Position numbers and translations under genes: made by a program. This document shows positions 20,665 through 30,279 of a DNA stretch of 64,000 nucleotides, piece after piece. Within the stretch, counting starts at the first letter, position 1. Each line of letters opens with the position of its first letter. The notes below the pieces were generated by a model. The model made no database searches. It was not told the DNA's origin and worked only from the letters and a program-made list of their open reading frames with translations. This stretch comes from an uncultured Gammaproteobacteria bacterium (GTDB taxonomy: Bacteria > Patescibacteriota > Patescibacteriia > UBA11705): contig CAYPSS010000001.1 of assembly GCA_964413735.1 (NCBI GenBank), positions 56,237-120,236 on the forward strand. The letters are read 5' to 3'.

Positions 20665-20913
20665 CTATTTTTTCCCGGTTAACATTTTAATAAAACCGGC
20701 TAATTCATGGGCCAGCATACCAATGCGAATCATAATATAAACACTGATCAAGCCAATCACAAAAAAAGTTATTGCCACCAGGAGATTTAGAGTAAAAGGA
20801 TAAAGCAAAATCAAGACCGCCAAAGCAAACAAAAACAAAGCTAGTAAAAAGAAAAACAAAATGATTTCAAAAATCAACTTGCGCACTGTATGATAAAGAT
20901 TACGAATTTCCAT
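20665..20913 (-). CDS. Small two-TM membrane protein
   Basis: Hydrophobic ORF with a terminator-like hairpin downstream. Confidence 0.55.
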   Translation of the reverse strand: MEIRNLYHTVRKLIFEIILFFFLLALFLFALAVLILLYPFTLNLLVAITFFVIGLISVYIMIRIGMLAHELAGFIKMLTGKK

Positions 20914-20974
20914 ATTTTTATTTTTATTTCATTTTAATTATATCATAAATAATGGAATTCAACCAAATAACCAA

Positions 20975-21034
20975 TTGACAAATCAATTAAATCAGTTAAA
21001 CTTTTAATGGTTCCTTTCACTTTCAGGGAGGGGC
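20975..21034 (+). promoter_or_regulatory. Sigma70 promoter + GTTCCTT motif + SD (orphan-gene header)
   Basis: TTGACA(20975)-16-TAAACT, gttcctt at 21010, agggagggg before ATG. Confidence 0.65.
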
Positions 21035-21757
21035 ATGGGAAAAGAAAGCCATACTAACAATTCGCCATCAGTTTGTTCAACTTTGGTTGTTGATTGTGTG
21101 GTTACCAGTCTCTATCGCACAATACCATTGATTGGATTAATTACGCGGAAAAAGTATCCGTATGCAGATCGTTATTGTTTGCCGGGCGGACATTTTGATG
21201 CCGGAGTCTGGAATCAGGAAAAACAATGTTTTGAAATGAACTCACAACATGGTTGTGACTTAACGATTGAACAAACCGCTTCCCGAGAATTGGCTGAAGA
21301 GGCAATGCTTTGTGTATCTCCGGATGAATGGCAATTTCTAATGTTTTTGACTGCTCCCAATCGTGATCCGCGACCTGATATGCGACGCTTATCGGCCGTT
21401 TTCTGGAAAGATTTCAGCTCATTTTCCTCTTTACTTCTTGGTAAGGCCAACAGTGACGCTGCCTCGTGGACAATAACAAACTTAATGTCATTGACGGAAG
21501 AAGTGATGGGCTTTGATCATTGGCTGGTAATTCAAAAGTTGCAAAAGCATTGGGCGGAAACAGCAAGAACTTGGTCTTTTGATGGTTTCAAATATGTTCA
21601 TAAATGCAATGAATTATTCCATGGTTTTGGTGAAATTTGGCGACATCCCAATGCCAATGAAGCTTACCATAGCCATAGTCATAATACTGTTTTACAACCA
21701 ATTAAATTCTGCCCCGGTTGTGGTAAAAGTTTGACACTGCCAATCATTAACTTTTAA
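21035..21757 (+). CDS. Nudix hydrolase with C-terminal Cys/His zinc-ribbon-like tail
   Basis: LPGGHFD..(insertion)..TASRELAEE, RDPR, FCPGCG. Confidence 0.75.
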   Translation: MGKESHTNNSPSVCSTLVVDCVVTSLYRTIPLIGLITRKKYPYADRYCLPGGHFDAGVWNQEKQCFEMNSQHGCDLTIEQTASRELAEEAMLCVSPDEWQFLMFLTAPNRDPRPDMRRLSAVFWKDFSSFSSLLLGKANSDAASWTITNLMSLTEEVMGFDHWLVIQKLQKHWAETARTWSFDGFKYVHKCNELFHGFGEIWRHPNANEAYHSHSHNTVLQPIKFCPGCGKSLTLPIINF

Positions 21758-21809
21758 TAAGCGAAAATCTTACCAACGGTAAGATTTTTTTAATCCAAGT
21801 AATTTTCCT

Positions 21810-22037
21810 CATGTCATTGCAAGGATTTCCGTGAAACAGTCCGCCCCACCTGTCATTGCGAGGAGCGAAGCGACGAAGCAATCTAAAGGACTAGTGGGCA
21901 AAGCTTTCCCTTAGATTGCCACGAGATTTCAATTCTTGAAATCTATCGCAATGACAGGAAAAACTTACCACTTTCCCACTTGTCTTACTTACCACTTACA
22001 ACTTTCTTGCTTAATACTTTCTTGCTTACTGCTTGCT
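21810..22037 (-). repeat. Composite REP/MITE-like palindromic element, copy A
   Basis: 13-bp terminal IR cctgtcattgcga/tcgcaatgacagg (21849-21958), internal gcaatct/agattgc, flanking purine-rich repeats. Confidence 0.8.
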
Positions 22038-22043
22038 AAAAAA

Positions 22044-23228
22044 TCAAAGATACTTTCGGTTTCTCAATTTATCCGGTAAATAAGTTTGCTTGGAGCTATC
22101 CTCCTTTGGTGTATATTTATATCCTTTACTATAACCTAATTCCTTCATTAATTTAGTTGGGGCATTTCGCAAATGAAGCGGGACCGGCAAATTGCCATAT
22201 TGCTCGACATCACGACCGGCTTTTTCAATCGCTTCATAAGCAGTAATATCTTTTTTGGAATTTGATAAATAAATCACACATTGTGTCAAATGCACGCCAC
22301 ACTCAGGCATCCCCAATTTATGACAAGCATCAAAAACCGCATTGGCTAAAAGTAAAGCGGTGTTATTTGCCAATCCAATATCTTCCGAGGCAAAACGCAC
22401 TAAGCGCCTCGCAATATATAGAGGATCTTCACCGGCTTTGAGCATTCGCGCCAACCAATAAACCGCCCCATTGGCATCGCCACCACGCATTGACTTATGC
22501 AAAGCGGAAATTATATTATAATGTTCTTCCCCGTTTTTATCATACATTAAAGCGGTTTTTTGTAATATTGTTTTGACGGTTTCAGCCGTAATTTTATTAC
22601 TGTGTTGCGCACATAATTCCAAAGTATTTAGAGCGATACGCGCGTCACCATTAGACAAAGACGCCAAAAGCTCTTTGGTTTTTTTATCAATTTTAATTTT
22701 TTGAGCCCCCAGCCCGCTGACTTCATCATGCAAAGCACGATCAATAATTTTTATTAAATCCTCCGGCTCCAACTTATTCAAAACAACGATACGAGAACGG
22801 GAAAGAACCGCTGAATTAACTTCAAATGATGGATTTTCCGTTGTCGCGCCAATTAAAATCAATAGCCCTTGTTCCACAAAAGGTAGCAGTGCATCTTGTT
22901 GCGCCTTGCTCCAACGATGAATTTCATCAACAAATAAAATGGTTTTGATTTTAAGTCGACTGCTTTGTTTGGCTCGTTCCACGACGGCCAGCAAATCTTT
23001 TTTTCCACTGGAGACGGCACTTAATTGCACAAATTCCGAATTGGTTTGCTGAGCAATAATTCTCGCCAAAGTGGTTTTCCCGGTTCCGGGTGGCCCCCAC
23101 AAAATCATCGAAGGAATATTATCTTCTAAAATCGCTTGACGCAAAAAAGACTTAGGGCCAATAATTTGTTCTTGGCCAAAAAACTCCTCTAATTTTGTTG
23201 GACGTAAACGATCCGCTAATGGTGGCAT
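22044..23228 (-). CDS. rarA: Replication-associated recombination protein A (MgsA/RarA)
   Basis: [44 protein letters not shown]. Confidence 0.95.
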   Translation of the reverse strand: MPPLADRLRPTKLEEFFGQEQIIGPKSFLRQAILEDNIPSMILWGPPGTGKTTLARIIAQQTNSEFVQLSAVSSGKKDLLAVVERAKQSSRLKIKTILFVDEIHRWSKAQQDALLPFVEQGLLILIGATTENPSFEVNSAVLSRSRIVVLNKLEPEDLIKIIDRALHDEVSGLGAQKIKIDKKTKELLASLSNGDARIALNTLELCAQHSNKITAETVKTILQKTALMYDKNGEEHYNIISALHKSMRGGDANGAVYWLARMLKAGEDPLYIARRLVRFASEDIGLANNTALLLANAVFDACHKLGMPECGVHLTQCVIYLSNSKKDITAYEAIEKAGRDVEQYGNLPVPLHLRNAPTKLMKELGYSKGYKYTPKEDSSKQTYLPDKLRNRKYL

Positions 23229-23328
23229 ATTTGTTATTTAGGGGGCTAATCTTGTTGCTAATATCTTAGCACTAATTTTTTTAAATTCAAAAAAATCCTC
23301 TGTTAGAGGATTTCGAATTAAAGATTAA

Positions 23329-23520
23329 TCACGAACAACGACGCAAACGTGGGTTGGCCTTGGGAAATTGAGGCGAATCAGCGCGTCCCCGAGAATGACG
23401 TGGAATTTCCTTCTTATCCGATTCATCATCCGTATCCACCACTTGTTGGGAAAAATGCTTGACCACCACTTCACTTTGTTCCTCGGGCAACAACTTGTAT
23501 TCAGGACGCTTCCAAAACAT
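23329..23520 (-). CDS. Small hypothetical protein
   Basis: Strong SD (gaggaggg) before the ATG and a hairpin terminator at about 23290-23313. Confidence 0.5.
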   Translation of the reverse strand: MFWKRPEYKLLPEEQSEVVVKHFSQQVVDTDDESDKKEIPRHSRGRADSPQFPKANPRLRRCS

Positions 23521-23554
23521 CAGCCCTCCTCTTTAAAGGGAATAGACTATTATG

Positions 23555-24088
23555 CTATTGATCAATCATTCCTTTTTTCAAGCAATTATTATAATAACAG
23601 TAATCGAAAATATCACGAGAAATCGGAAAAGCGGCAAACAAAATCGCCAACAAGAAGATATGGCTAAACACAAAATCACAAGCACCTAGAAAATTCATTG
23701 ATTCACTTAAGATCATATCAGCCAAAAATGCCAGCCCGAAAATGAAAACTACTTGAATAACAACAAGGGGCAAAACAATTGAATCATTTTTCAAAATCAC
23801 CACCTCATCTTTCATGCTGGAAGAACTAAAAAGCCATTTTTGGGTGTCATACCACCTGGCCCAAATCAAGACAATGGCAATAATCGCAAAAATTGGGAAC
23901 TTTGGCCCCAAATAATAATAATCTGACATTAAATAACCAATCATAACAATCGCTGTCACAACGGTAACACCAAATTGAATCATGGGGTAAAAAGCCCGTT
24001 TGCCTTTTCGCCAACGATAATATTGATAAGAAAAAATGCCCATCAGTAATCCTAAAAAAATATTTAACAAAATCAATAAAATTGGCAT
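23555..24088 (-). CDS. Orphan membrane protein, paralog of 24543..25178 (start at MPILL)
   Basis: SD gtgaggtg before ATG 24088; SDYYYLGPK motif. Confidence 0.65.
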   Translation of the reverse strand: MPILLILLNIFLGLLMGIFSYQYYRWRKGKRAFYPMIQFGVTVVTAIVMIGYLMSDYYYLGPKFPIFAIIAIVLIWARWYDTQKWLFSSSSMKDEVVILKNDSIVLPLVVIQVVFIFGLAFLADMILSESMNFLGACDFVFSHIFLLAILFAAFPISRDIFDYCYYNNCLKKGMIDQ

Positions 24089-24164
24089 TTCGCACCTCAC
24101 TTTTGTAAAGAACCAAAATAAAATTATCATATCAAATATTGATTGTCAATAAAGTGGGTAAGGG

Positions 24165-24456
24165 AGTAAGCAAGAAAGTTGTAAGTAGTAAGTAAGACAA
24201 GTGTGACGAGTAAGAAAGTAAAAAGTTTTTCCTGTTATTACGAGAGGTTTCACTTTGTGAAACCTCGTGGCAATCTAAAAGAAGTCTTTCCCAAAATTAT
24301 TTTAGATTGCCACGTCGTTCCGTTTCACGGAACTCCTCGCAATGACAGGTGGGGTGGACTGTTTCACAGAACTCCTCACAACGATCCTCTTTGTCTACAA
24401 AACGAGGCGAGCAAACAGGACGTAATTTTCTCACTCTGAACTTGTTTCAGAGTCTG
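24165..24456 (+). repeat. Composite REP/MITE-like element, copy B (inverted relative to copy A), plus the 29-bp palindrome
   Basis: cctgttattacga...tcgcaatgacagg (24231-24349), same purine-rich flank and ggtggggYggactgtttcac tail as copy A. Confidence 0.8.
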
Positions 24457-24542
24457 AGTTAAAAATATACAAAACCACGAATGTACGAATTATCGAACTT
24501 TGAATATAAAAAAACCTCGACCTTGTCGAAGTTTGAAATTAT

Positions 24543-25178
24543 CTATGGGAAGTTCGGCTCATGCTTTTTCTCCTGCAAGTGTTTCTCCAATTTTTGTTGT
24601 GCTAAAAGGAAAACGCGCCATTCAAAAATATTACGCGACAGATCAGGGAACATCATAGCAATGGCCATTGAAAGGGTCGCAAAAGCAATAACAAAGTCAA
24701 TGCTTTTCAGAATACTATCAAACGGATAATCAAATTTTACCCAAACATTATAAACAATCACATTAACCATGGTCCACAGAATAAGAGCAAAACCAATCCG
24801 TAAGAAAATCTTTGTTTTACTCAGGAACAAAAACTCCAACTGCTGACGATCTTTTTCATTTTCAATAATAACTTGATTATTAACCACGGTCATTTTTTTA
24901 TTCAACCAAACCAGACTTTCATAGCGTCTAAGATGAATAAAAATTAAAGCAATCAAAACAGTAAAAATCGACCTTGGGCCAAGATACAAATAATCGGAAT
25001 GAAAATATTCGAAACATAAAAAAGCCGTTATGCAAACAATCTGAACAAACACTGCATCAAACAAGGTTTTTTCACCCTTTTGGTCATGTTTTTTTTTCAA
25101 AGCCGAAGATACAACAATGCCAATCGAAAGAAGAATCACCATACCTAAACGCAAAAGAACCTGATAATTGTCCATCAT
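24543..25178 (-). CDS. Orphan membrane protein, paralog of 23555..24088 (start at MMDNY)
   Basis: SD aggggg; SDYLYLGPR motif. Confidence 0.65.
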   Translation of the reverse strand: MMDNYQVLLRLGMVILLSIGIVVSSALKKKHDQKGEKTLFDAVFVQIVCITAFLCFEYFHSDYLYLGPRSIFTVLIALIFIHLRRYESLVWLNKKMTVVNNQVIIENEKDRQQLEFLFLSKTKIFLRIGFALILWTMVNVIVYNVWVKFDYPFDSILKSIDFVIAFATLSMAIAMMFPDLSRNIFEWRVFLLAQQKLEKHLQEKKHEPNFP

Positions 25179-25220
25179 TGCCCCCTGGTTGTAAAGGAAC
25201 AAATAAGATTAACATTAATC

Positions 25221-26504
25221 TTATTTCTTGTCAATAGGGATTACCACTTCTTTAGACCTAAAAACCAGCCAGCTCAATGAAAAAAACAACCACCACAAAA
25301 TACTTAAATCATTTTTAAAATACGGCACATCAACAATTCCATGCGTAATAATTACCATCAAGCAACAAATGAGCAATATATATAATGATCGATTATCAGA
25401 ATTTTTCACTTTCCAATAATTGATTAAATATTTGAGAATTAAGAATCCCACAATCAATAACCCCAAAATCCCAATTTCCGTCCAAAAATTCAAAATAAAG
25501 TTATGAGGATATAAATATATTTCCACCACTCCCTTAGCATGATGAAATGGCGCAATGGCCGTTTGATAACCGGAAATTCCCCCACCCCAAATTGGAGAAA
25601 CTTTTAACATTTGAATGGTTTCTTGCCACATTACCAAACGCAAGTTCCCGGAAAAATCCTGGAACAATGCTTTTTCCTGAACCAAACTACCAATGGTCGG
25701 AAAAGCAAAAACCCCCACCATAGCAAGAAAAAGAAAAATCAAAGTGATGATTCGCAATTTTTTGATTAACAAACCAAACAACAAACCACCAATTCCCAGA
25801 GCAACGATCGCCCCCTCACTTTGCGCAAAAAGGATGGCCAGAAAACCGCAAATGGCCACGATTAAGTAATAAATAATTTGGGACCAATATTTTCCCGCTG
25901 ATTTTTCCCAGAGCAAATAAGCTTGGCCGAGAAATAACAAAACCAAAGGCGCCAGATACAAGCCAATGGCATTGGGATAACCATAAACACTGGTCACGCG
26001 ACGCGTTTGTGCTACCGCCCAAAATTCATTGGGAATAAATGCCCCGGTAAACTTTTGATAAATTGCCAAAGCCGATATTCCTAAAATCGATAGCCCTAAA
26101 AATTTCAGGATCAATTGCCAATCATTTCTTGTTTTAATTATATTAATAAAAATAATGAAAAACATAATCGGCTCAATAAAGTAGGCTTTCCAGACTCCCA
26201 GGGCCGCTCGTTTATCAGGTGAATAAAAAATGGCTAAGCTGACAATAATTAACAACAGCAAAATCAACCATTTATAATTTGAATAAGTTAAACGTTGTTT
26301 AGATATTATTTTTTTAATAATAAAAAGAAAAAAGGCCACTAAAATCAATGCTTCAATCAAAGTAAACGGAACATTAAAAATTAAAAATTTAATTCGGTAA
26401 AACGGCAACACCAAAAGAAAAATCGCCAAACCCAAAGCCGGTCGGCGCCAAAACAAAACCCCAAACAGCAAGCTAACAAAAACCAAAATCATTAAATCAA
26501 TCAT
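25221..26504 (-). CDS. O-antigen ligase / Wzy_C family protein
   Basis: RVTSVYGYPNAIG, SEGA, RLVMW, YPHNFILNFWTEIGILG. Confidence 0.88.
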   Translation of the reverse strand: MIDLMILVFVSLLFGVLFWRRPALGLAIFLLVLPFYRIKFLIFNVPFTLIEALILVAFFLFIIKKIISKQRLTYSNYKWLILLLLIIVSLAIFYSPDKRAALGVWKAYFIEPIMFFIIFINIIKTRNDWQLILKFLGLSILGISALAIYQKFTGAFIPNEFWAVAQTRRVTSVYGYPNAIGLYLAPLVLLFLGQAYLLWEKSAGKYWSQIIYYLIVAICGFLAILFAQSEGAIVALGIGGLLFGLLIKKLRIITLIFLFLAMVGVFAFPTIGSLVQEKALFQDFSGNLRLVMWQETIQMLKVSPIWGGGISGYQTAIAPFHHAKGVVEIYLYPHNFILNFWTEIGILGLLIVGFLILKYLINYWKVKNSDNRSLYILLICCLMVIITHGIVDVPYFKNDLSILWWLFFSLSWLVFRSKEVVIPIDKK

Positions 26505-27931
26505 AAATTATCAATGTTTGGCTTAGATAATTCCTTCCAAAAATCTTTTTTTATGGCTCCAAGTAAATATAGCATTCCAAAATATGTAATCGAAGCCATT
26601 AATAAAACAAATAAAATATGCCAATTGGGCAACAATAAAATTATCCCGACCATTACTAAGCCGGCCAAACAATATTTACCCAAAGCAATAAGACTGGGAA
26701 TAAATTTAGTTTCCCGATAAACCACCACAAAAGTCCAAACCATAATTACTACCTCAGAAAAAACCGTCATCCACGCCGCGCCCCAAAAACCGAACTTGGG
26801 AATAAAAATAAAATATCCAATCAAAGTAATAATACTGGTTGTTAAATAACCCCACATCATTTGTCGTTGCTTGTGCACGGCCAAAACTGCATAGCCAAAT
26901 AAACTGGTGACAAAAATCGCTCCCGAAGCCAGAATTAAAACTTTCAAAATTTCACCGGACATGGCAAAATCTCTGCCCGCCACAAAAACCATTACTTTTT
27001 GGGCCACCAAAAAAGTGCCAAAAACAATCGGCACCGCAAAAAGCATCAGAGAATCAAAGGCCAGTTGCATTAACTTTTTCATTTCCGTTAAATTTTTTTG
27101 CAAAAAATGATTGGTTAAATGAGGCAACACAATCCCCATATAAACGGCTGGCATCATGGTCAAAATATCCACGACCCGATAAGTCGCACCATAAAGCCCG
27201 ACATCCGCTTGCGGTCTAACAAGTGACAAAATAATGGTATCCATTTTCAAATAAATCAAATTAAAACCAATGGACAAAGCAATCGGCCAACTACGTTTGG
27301 CCACCGCCTTCCAAATATCAAAGTCAAACGCCCAACCAAATTCAATGTATTTGCGTGCATAATAGAAAACCACAATCAAATTCACCAAACTGCCAAAAGA
27401 AATGGTCAATAAAATATAAAATAATGACCCGCCAAGCAAGGCAATTACCGCTGTTAAAATTACCAGCACCAACCGGCCCAAAACCTCAGCAATCGTTACT
27501 TCAAACATTTTTAATTTTTTCTGGAAAACCCCGGTCAATACTTGAATAATAGTAATAAAGTAAAAAGAAAATGATGTGGCCAAAACACCCATCTTCACTT
27601 CCGGAGGATAAGGGAAAAACAAAACCACCAAAGGCGCCAACCCAATAAATAGAAACGAAGAGATTACGCGCAAAGTTAAAATATTTTTCAACAATCTCGG
27701 TTCATCTTGTTTTTCATCACTGATCATTTGCACGGTGGTGAGACTCAAACCAAAATCCGCCATAATGCCAAAAAACTGCAAAAAGGCAATTGCGGTAGTG
27801 TAATAACCAAATCCGGTTTGACCCAAATATCGGGTCATTATCGATACCGCCACCAACCCCAGAACTAAACTGATCATTTTGCCGGCAATTTGAATCAAAG
27901 AGTTTTTGGTAATTTTACTGTTAATTGACAT
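26501..27931 (-). CDS. Polysaccharide flippase (Wzx/MOP family)
   Basis: TRYLG..GFG, DFGL, KMDTIIL, VGLYGA, IPKFGFWGAA. Confidence 0.9.
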   Translation of the reverse strand: MSINSKITKNSLIQIAGKMISLVLGLVAVSIMTRYLGQTGFGYYTTAIAFLQFFGIMADFGLSLTTVQMISDEKQDEPRLLKNILTLRVISSFLFIGLAPLVVLFFPYPPEVKMGVLATSFSFYFITIIQVLTGVFQKKLKMFEVTIAEVLGRLVLVILTAVIALLGGSLFYILLTISFGSLVNLIVVFYYARKYIEFGWAFDFDIWKAVAKRSWPIALSIGFNLIYLKMDTIILSLVRPQADVGLYGATYRVVDILTMMPAVYMGIVLPHLTNHFLQKNLTEMKKLMQLAFDSLMLFAVPIVFGTFLVAQKVMVFVAGRDFAMSGEILKVLILASGAIFVTSLFGYAVLAVHKQRQMMWGYLTTSIITLIGYFIFIPKFGFWGAAWMTVFSEVVIMVWTFVVVYRETKFIPSLIALGKYCLAGLVMVGIILLLPNWHILFVLLMASITYFGMLYLLGAIKKDFWKELSKPNIDNL

Positions 27932-28003
27932 AAAATATATTTTGTTTGAAGTTTAATTACTTAAATTTTACCAATTTTTACCAAAAAAAACAAACTTCTG
28001 GGG

Positions 28004-28067
28004 TTGACAATTAAATATAATTGTACTACAATATACTGTTAATGGTTCCCCAAACAGGGAGGGTGCG
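28004..28067 (+). promoter_or_regulatory. Sigma70 promoter + GTTCCCC motif + SD (orphan-gene header)
   Basis: TTGACA(28004)-17-TACAAT, ttaatggttcc, cagggagggt. Confidence 0.7.
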
Positions 28068-28508
28068 ATGCTGAAGTATATGATGGCAATGGTATTGGGA
28101 TATTTGATCCACAAGCATGGTGATCAGGTTACCAAGTATTGGAACAATCCGGAAGAGCTGGAAAAGTACTTTGAAAAGATCTTGAATGATGAAAAGCTGT
28201 CGGCTTTGAAGGAACGATTTGTGAAGGCTTTCAAGCAGGGAACGGATGCGCTGGAAGCGGAATTCAAGAAGTTCTTGGATGAGATGGCAGCCAAGGCCAC
28301 GGAAACTCCGCCGGAGGAGCCCGCTCCGCCTCCGGCTCCGGTGGTCATGCCCACGGAAAACTGCCAGAAGTGTGGGCAAGAGAATGCCATCGGCTCGCCC
28401 GCTTGTTCCAAGTGCGGTGGTCCGGTGACGTCGATTGCCGAATTGAAGGACATGTTGGAAGAGATCAAGAAGATTCCGCGCAAGCGTGGGCGGAAGCCTC
28501 CCAAGTAA
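28068..28508 (+). CDS. GC-rich hypothetical protein: helical domain, Pro-rich linker, zinc ribbon, basic AT-hook-like tail
   Basis: CQKC..CSKC, PRKRGRKPPK; clear promoter, SD and terminator. Confidence 0.7.
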   Translation: MLKYMMAMVLGYLIHKHGDQVTKYWNNPEELEKYFEKILNDEKLSALKERFVKAFKQGTDALEAEFKKFLDEMAAKATETPPEEPAPPPAPVVMPTENCQKCGQENAIGSPACSKCGGPVTSIAELKDMLEEIKKIPRKRGRKPPK

Positions 28509-28551
28509 CGAAAAACGGTACGCAATGCGTACCGCTTTTTTGATATAGAAG
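28473..28551 (+). repeat. About 79-bp direct repeat, copy 1 (gene 3' end plus terminator)
   Basis: caagcgtgggcggaag..cccaagtaacgaaaaacggtacgcaa.gcgtaccgctttttt, repeated at 30200-30277. Confidence 0.9.
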
Positions 28552-28601
28552 ATTACTCAAAACATTTAATAATAACTTTTTTTCTTTACTTTTTATTTTT
28601 A

Positions 28602-29060
28602 TTATTCAGTTTTTTGCTTGATCATTTCAGCGGCAGCATAATTAAAAACACCGATAACTGAAGTATCTATTCGTAATTTAGTATTCTGTGAATAATACCA
28701 GAAACACTCATATTTTTTATCAATTTCAATTTGAATATTTTTTTTCATAAAAACATAATTACCAAAACCACCACTATAATGATCAAATAACTTTGAATTT
28801 TTTTCAATCTTTTCTACTGTGGCATTATAAGACTCTTGATCAATAGACACATTAGTTTCATAAGTAATTAAACTATCTTCATTTTCCAACATATAGATAA
28901 TAACTCCACCTTCATTGCCCATAGCACCCAAAGGAGAAATTTCACAGTAAATTACTTTTTCAAGGTCAATGGAATTCAAGTTTTCTGTAGTAATAATTAT
29001 ACTATTTAGAAAAACTATTGGTTCATTTAATACCCCCCTATATACTGTTTTTGGACTCAT
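28602..29060 (-). CDS. Hypothetical protein
   Basis: 152-aa AT-rich ORF between the direct repeats. Confidence 0.6.
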   Translation of the reverse strand: MSPKTVYRGVLNEPIVFLNSIIITTENLNSIDLEKVIYCEISPLGAMGNEGGVIIYMLENEDSLITYETNVSIDQESYNATVEKIEKNSKLFDHYSGGFGNYVFMKKNIQIEIDKKYECFWYYSQNTKLRIDTSVIGVFNYAAAEMIKQKTE

Positions 29061-29096
29061 AAATATATATTTTATTTATGGAATGATAGTTATAAA

Positions 29097-29999
29097 TTAT
29101 TTTTTATAAATACTTAAAAAACCACCAAAGTGTTCCTTGTTAAGATCCTTTCCGAAGGATTCGCCAAGTGCAACCAGCTTTTTGTACTCCAATGTGTCTT
29201 GAATATCTTTTTTGCTATAACGAATTTTGTTTAGATCAATGCTTTGTTTTTTGTTGAACTGAAATTCGGAAAATTTGAGTACTGCATTTCTTTTTTTTGT
29301 TATGATCAAAATATATGAGTTAAGCCCAGAACCATAAGAATTTACCTTATTAATTTTTATCTGGAAATTACTGCCGGCTTTTTCTTTAAGAATATTTTTT
29401 AGGTTTAAAATTTTATTTTTTTCATAGATACGCAAACGAGGTAAGGAAATTTTAGACGACCAAAAACCTTCATCTGTTCTGTCTATATTAATTATTGCAC
29501 GACCGTTAACTTTTAGAATTCTAGAAATTTCCGCGATGGCTCCAAGTTTATTTTCAAAAAAATGAAAAGCATTGGTAGAATATACTAGATCTATTGAGTT
29601 GCTTTTAACTGGAATACGCGTGCAGGCGTTGGCATTAAATAGTTTCGGGACAGATAAACCTTTGGTGTTTATATTGAATTCTTTGGCTATAATAAGAGGA
29701 TTTTTTCTCGCATCCTCCTGTCGTTTTTCTTCATTGTAAAAAATACTTCCTTTCCTTGGTTTTCTGCAAAAATAAATGCCAAACAAAGCTAAACTAACAT
29801 CGTTTTTTGAAAAAATACTACTTAATTCCCATAAAGATCGTCCAACGCCTGAACCTAAATCTAAAATAGATATTTTTTTATTGATCTTTATTTTATTGTC
29901 GATTTCTTTAACCAAATTATAGGATAGAATTTTTTCTACAGTTTTTAATGGACGGCTTATGCTAGGGTGGCTTTTTGTTGGTGGTTTTTCCATATTCAT
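29097..29999 (-). CDS. Class I SAM-dependent methyltransferase
   Basis: ILDLGSGVG, SIDLVYS..AFH, EISRILKVNG. Confidence 0.8.
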   Translation of the reverse strand: MNMEKPPTKSHPSISRPLKTVEKILSYNLVKEIDNKIKINKKISILDLGSGVGRSLWELSSIFSKNDVSLALFGIYFCRKPRKGSIFYNEEKRQEDARKNPLIIAKEFNINTKGLSVPKLFNANACTRIPVKSNSIDLVYSTNAFHFFENKLGAIAEISRILKVNGRAIINIDRTDEGFWSSKISLPRLRIYEKNKILNLKNILKEKAGSNFQIKINKVNSYGSGLNSYILIITKKRNAVLKFSEFQFNKKQSIDLNKIRYSKKDIQDTLEYKKLVALGESFGKDLNKEHFGGFLSIYKK

Positions 30000-30199
30000 A
30001 ATGTTTTTAATTAAATTATTAACTTGATTAAATCATATCACAAGTTATATTCAATATAAAATAAATTTTAAACTTTCTTTTTATGTTTTTGGTAATCACT
30101 TAGAAAAACACAATAAAATACTTAATATGGTTTAGTTAACTATTTACGCTATGCCATATTAAGAAAAAGGCGTCTATATTGCTTGTGTATAATTTAGTT

Positions 30200-30277
30200 A
30201 TCCCGCACAAGCGTGGGCGGAAGAGTCCCAAGTAACGAAAAACGGTACGCAACGCGTACCGCTTTTTTAATAGAAGA
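30200..30277 (+). repeat. About 79-bp direct repeat, copy 2
   Basis: Diverged copy of 28473-28551. Confidence 0.9.
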
Positions 30278-30279
30278 GC

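Noticed and set aside
24203-24439. 78-aa ORF
   Set aside because: Coincides with the REP-like element
28026-28525. Antisense ORFs 28026..28379 and 28124..28525
   Set aside because: Shadows of a GC-rich gene; promoter, SD and terminator support the plus-strand ORF
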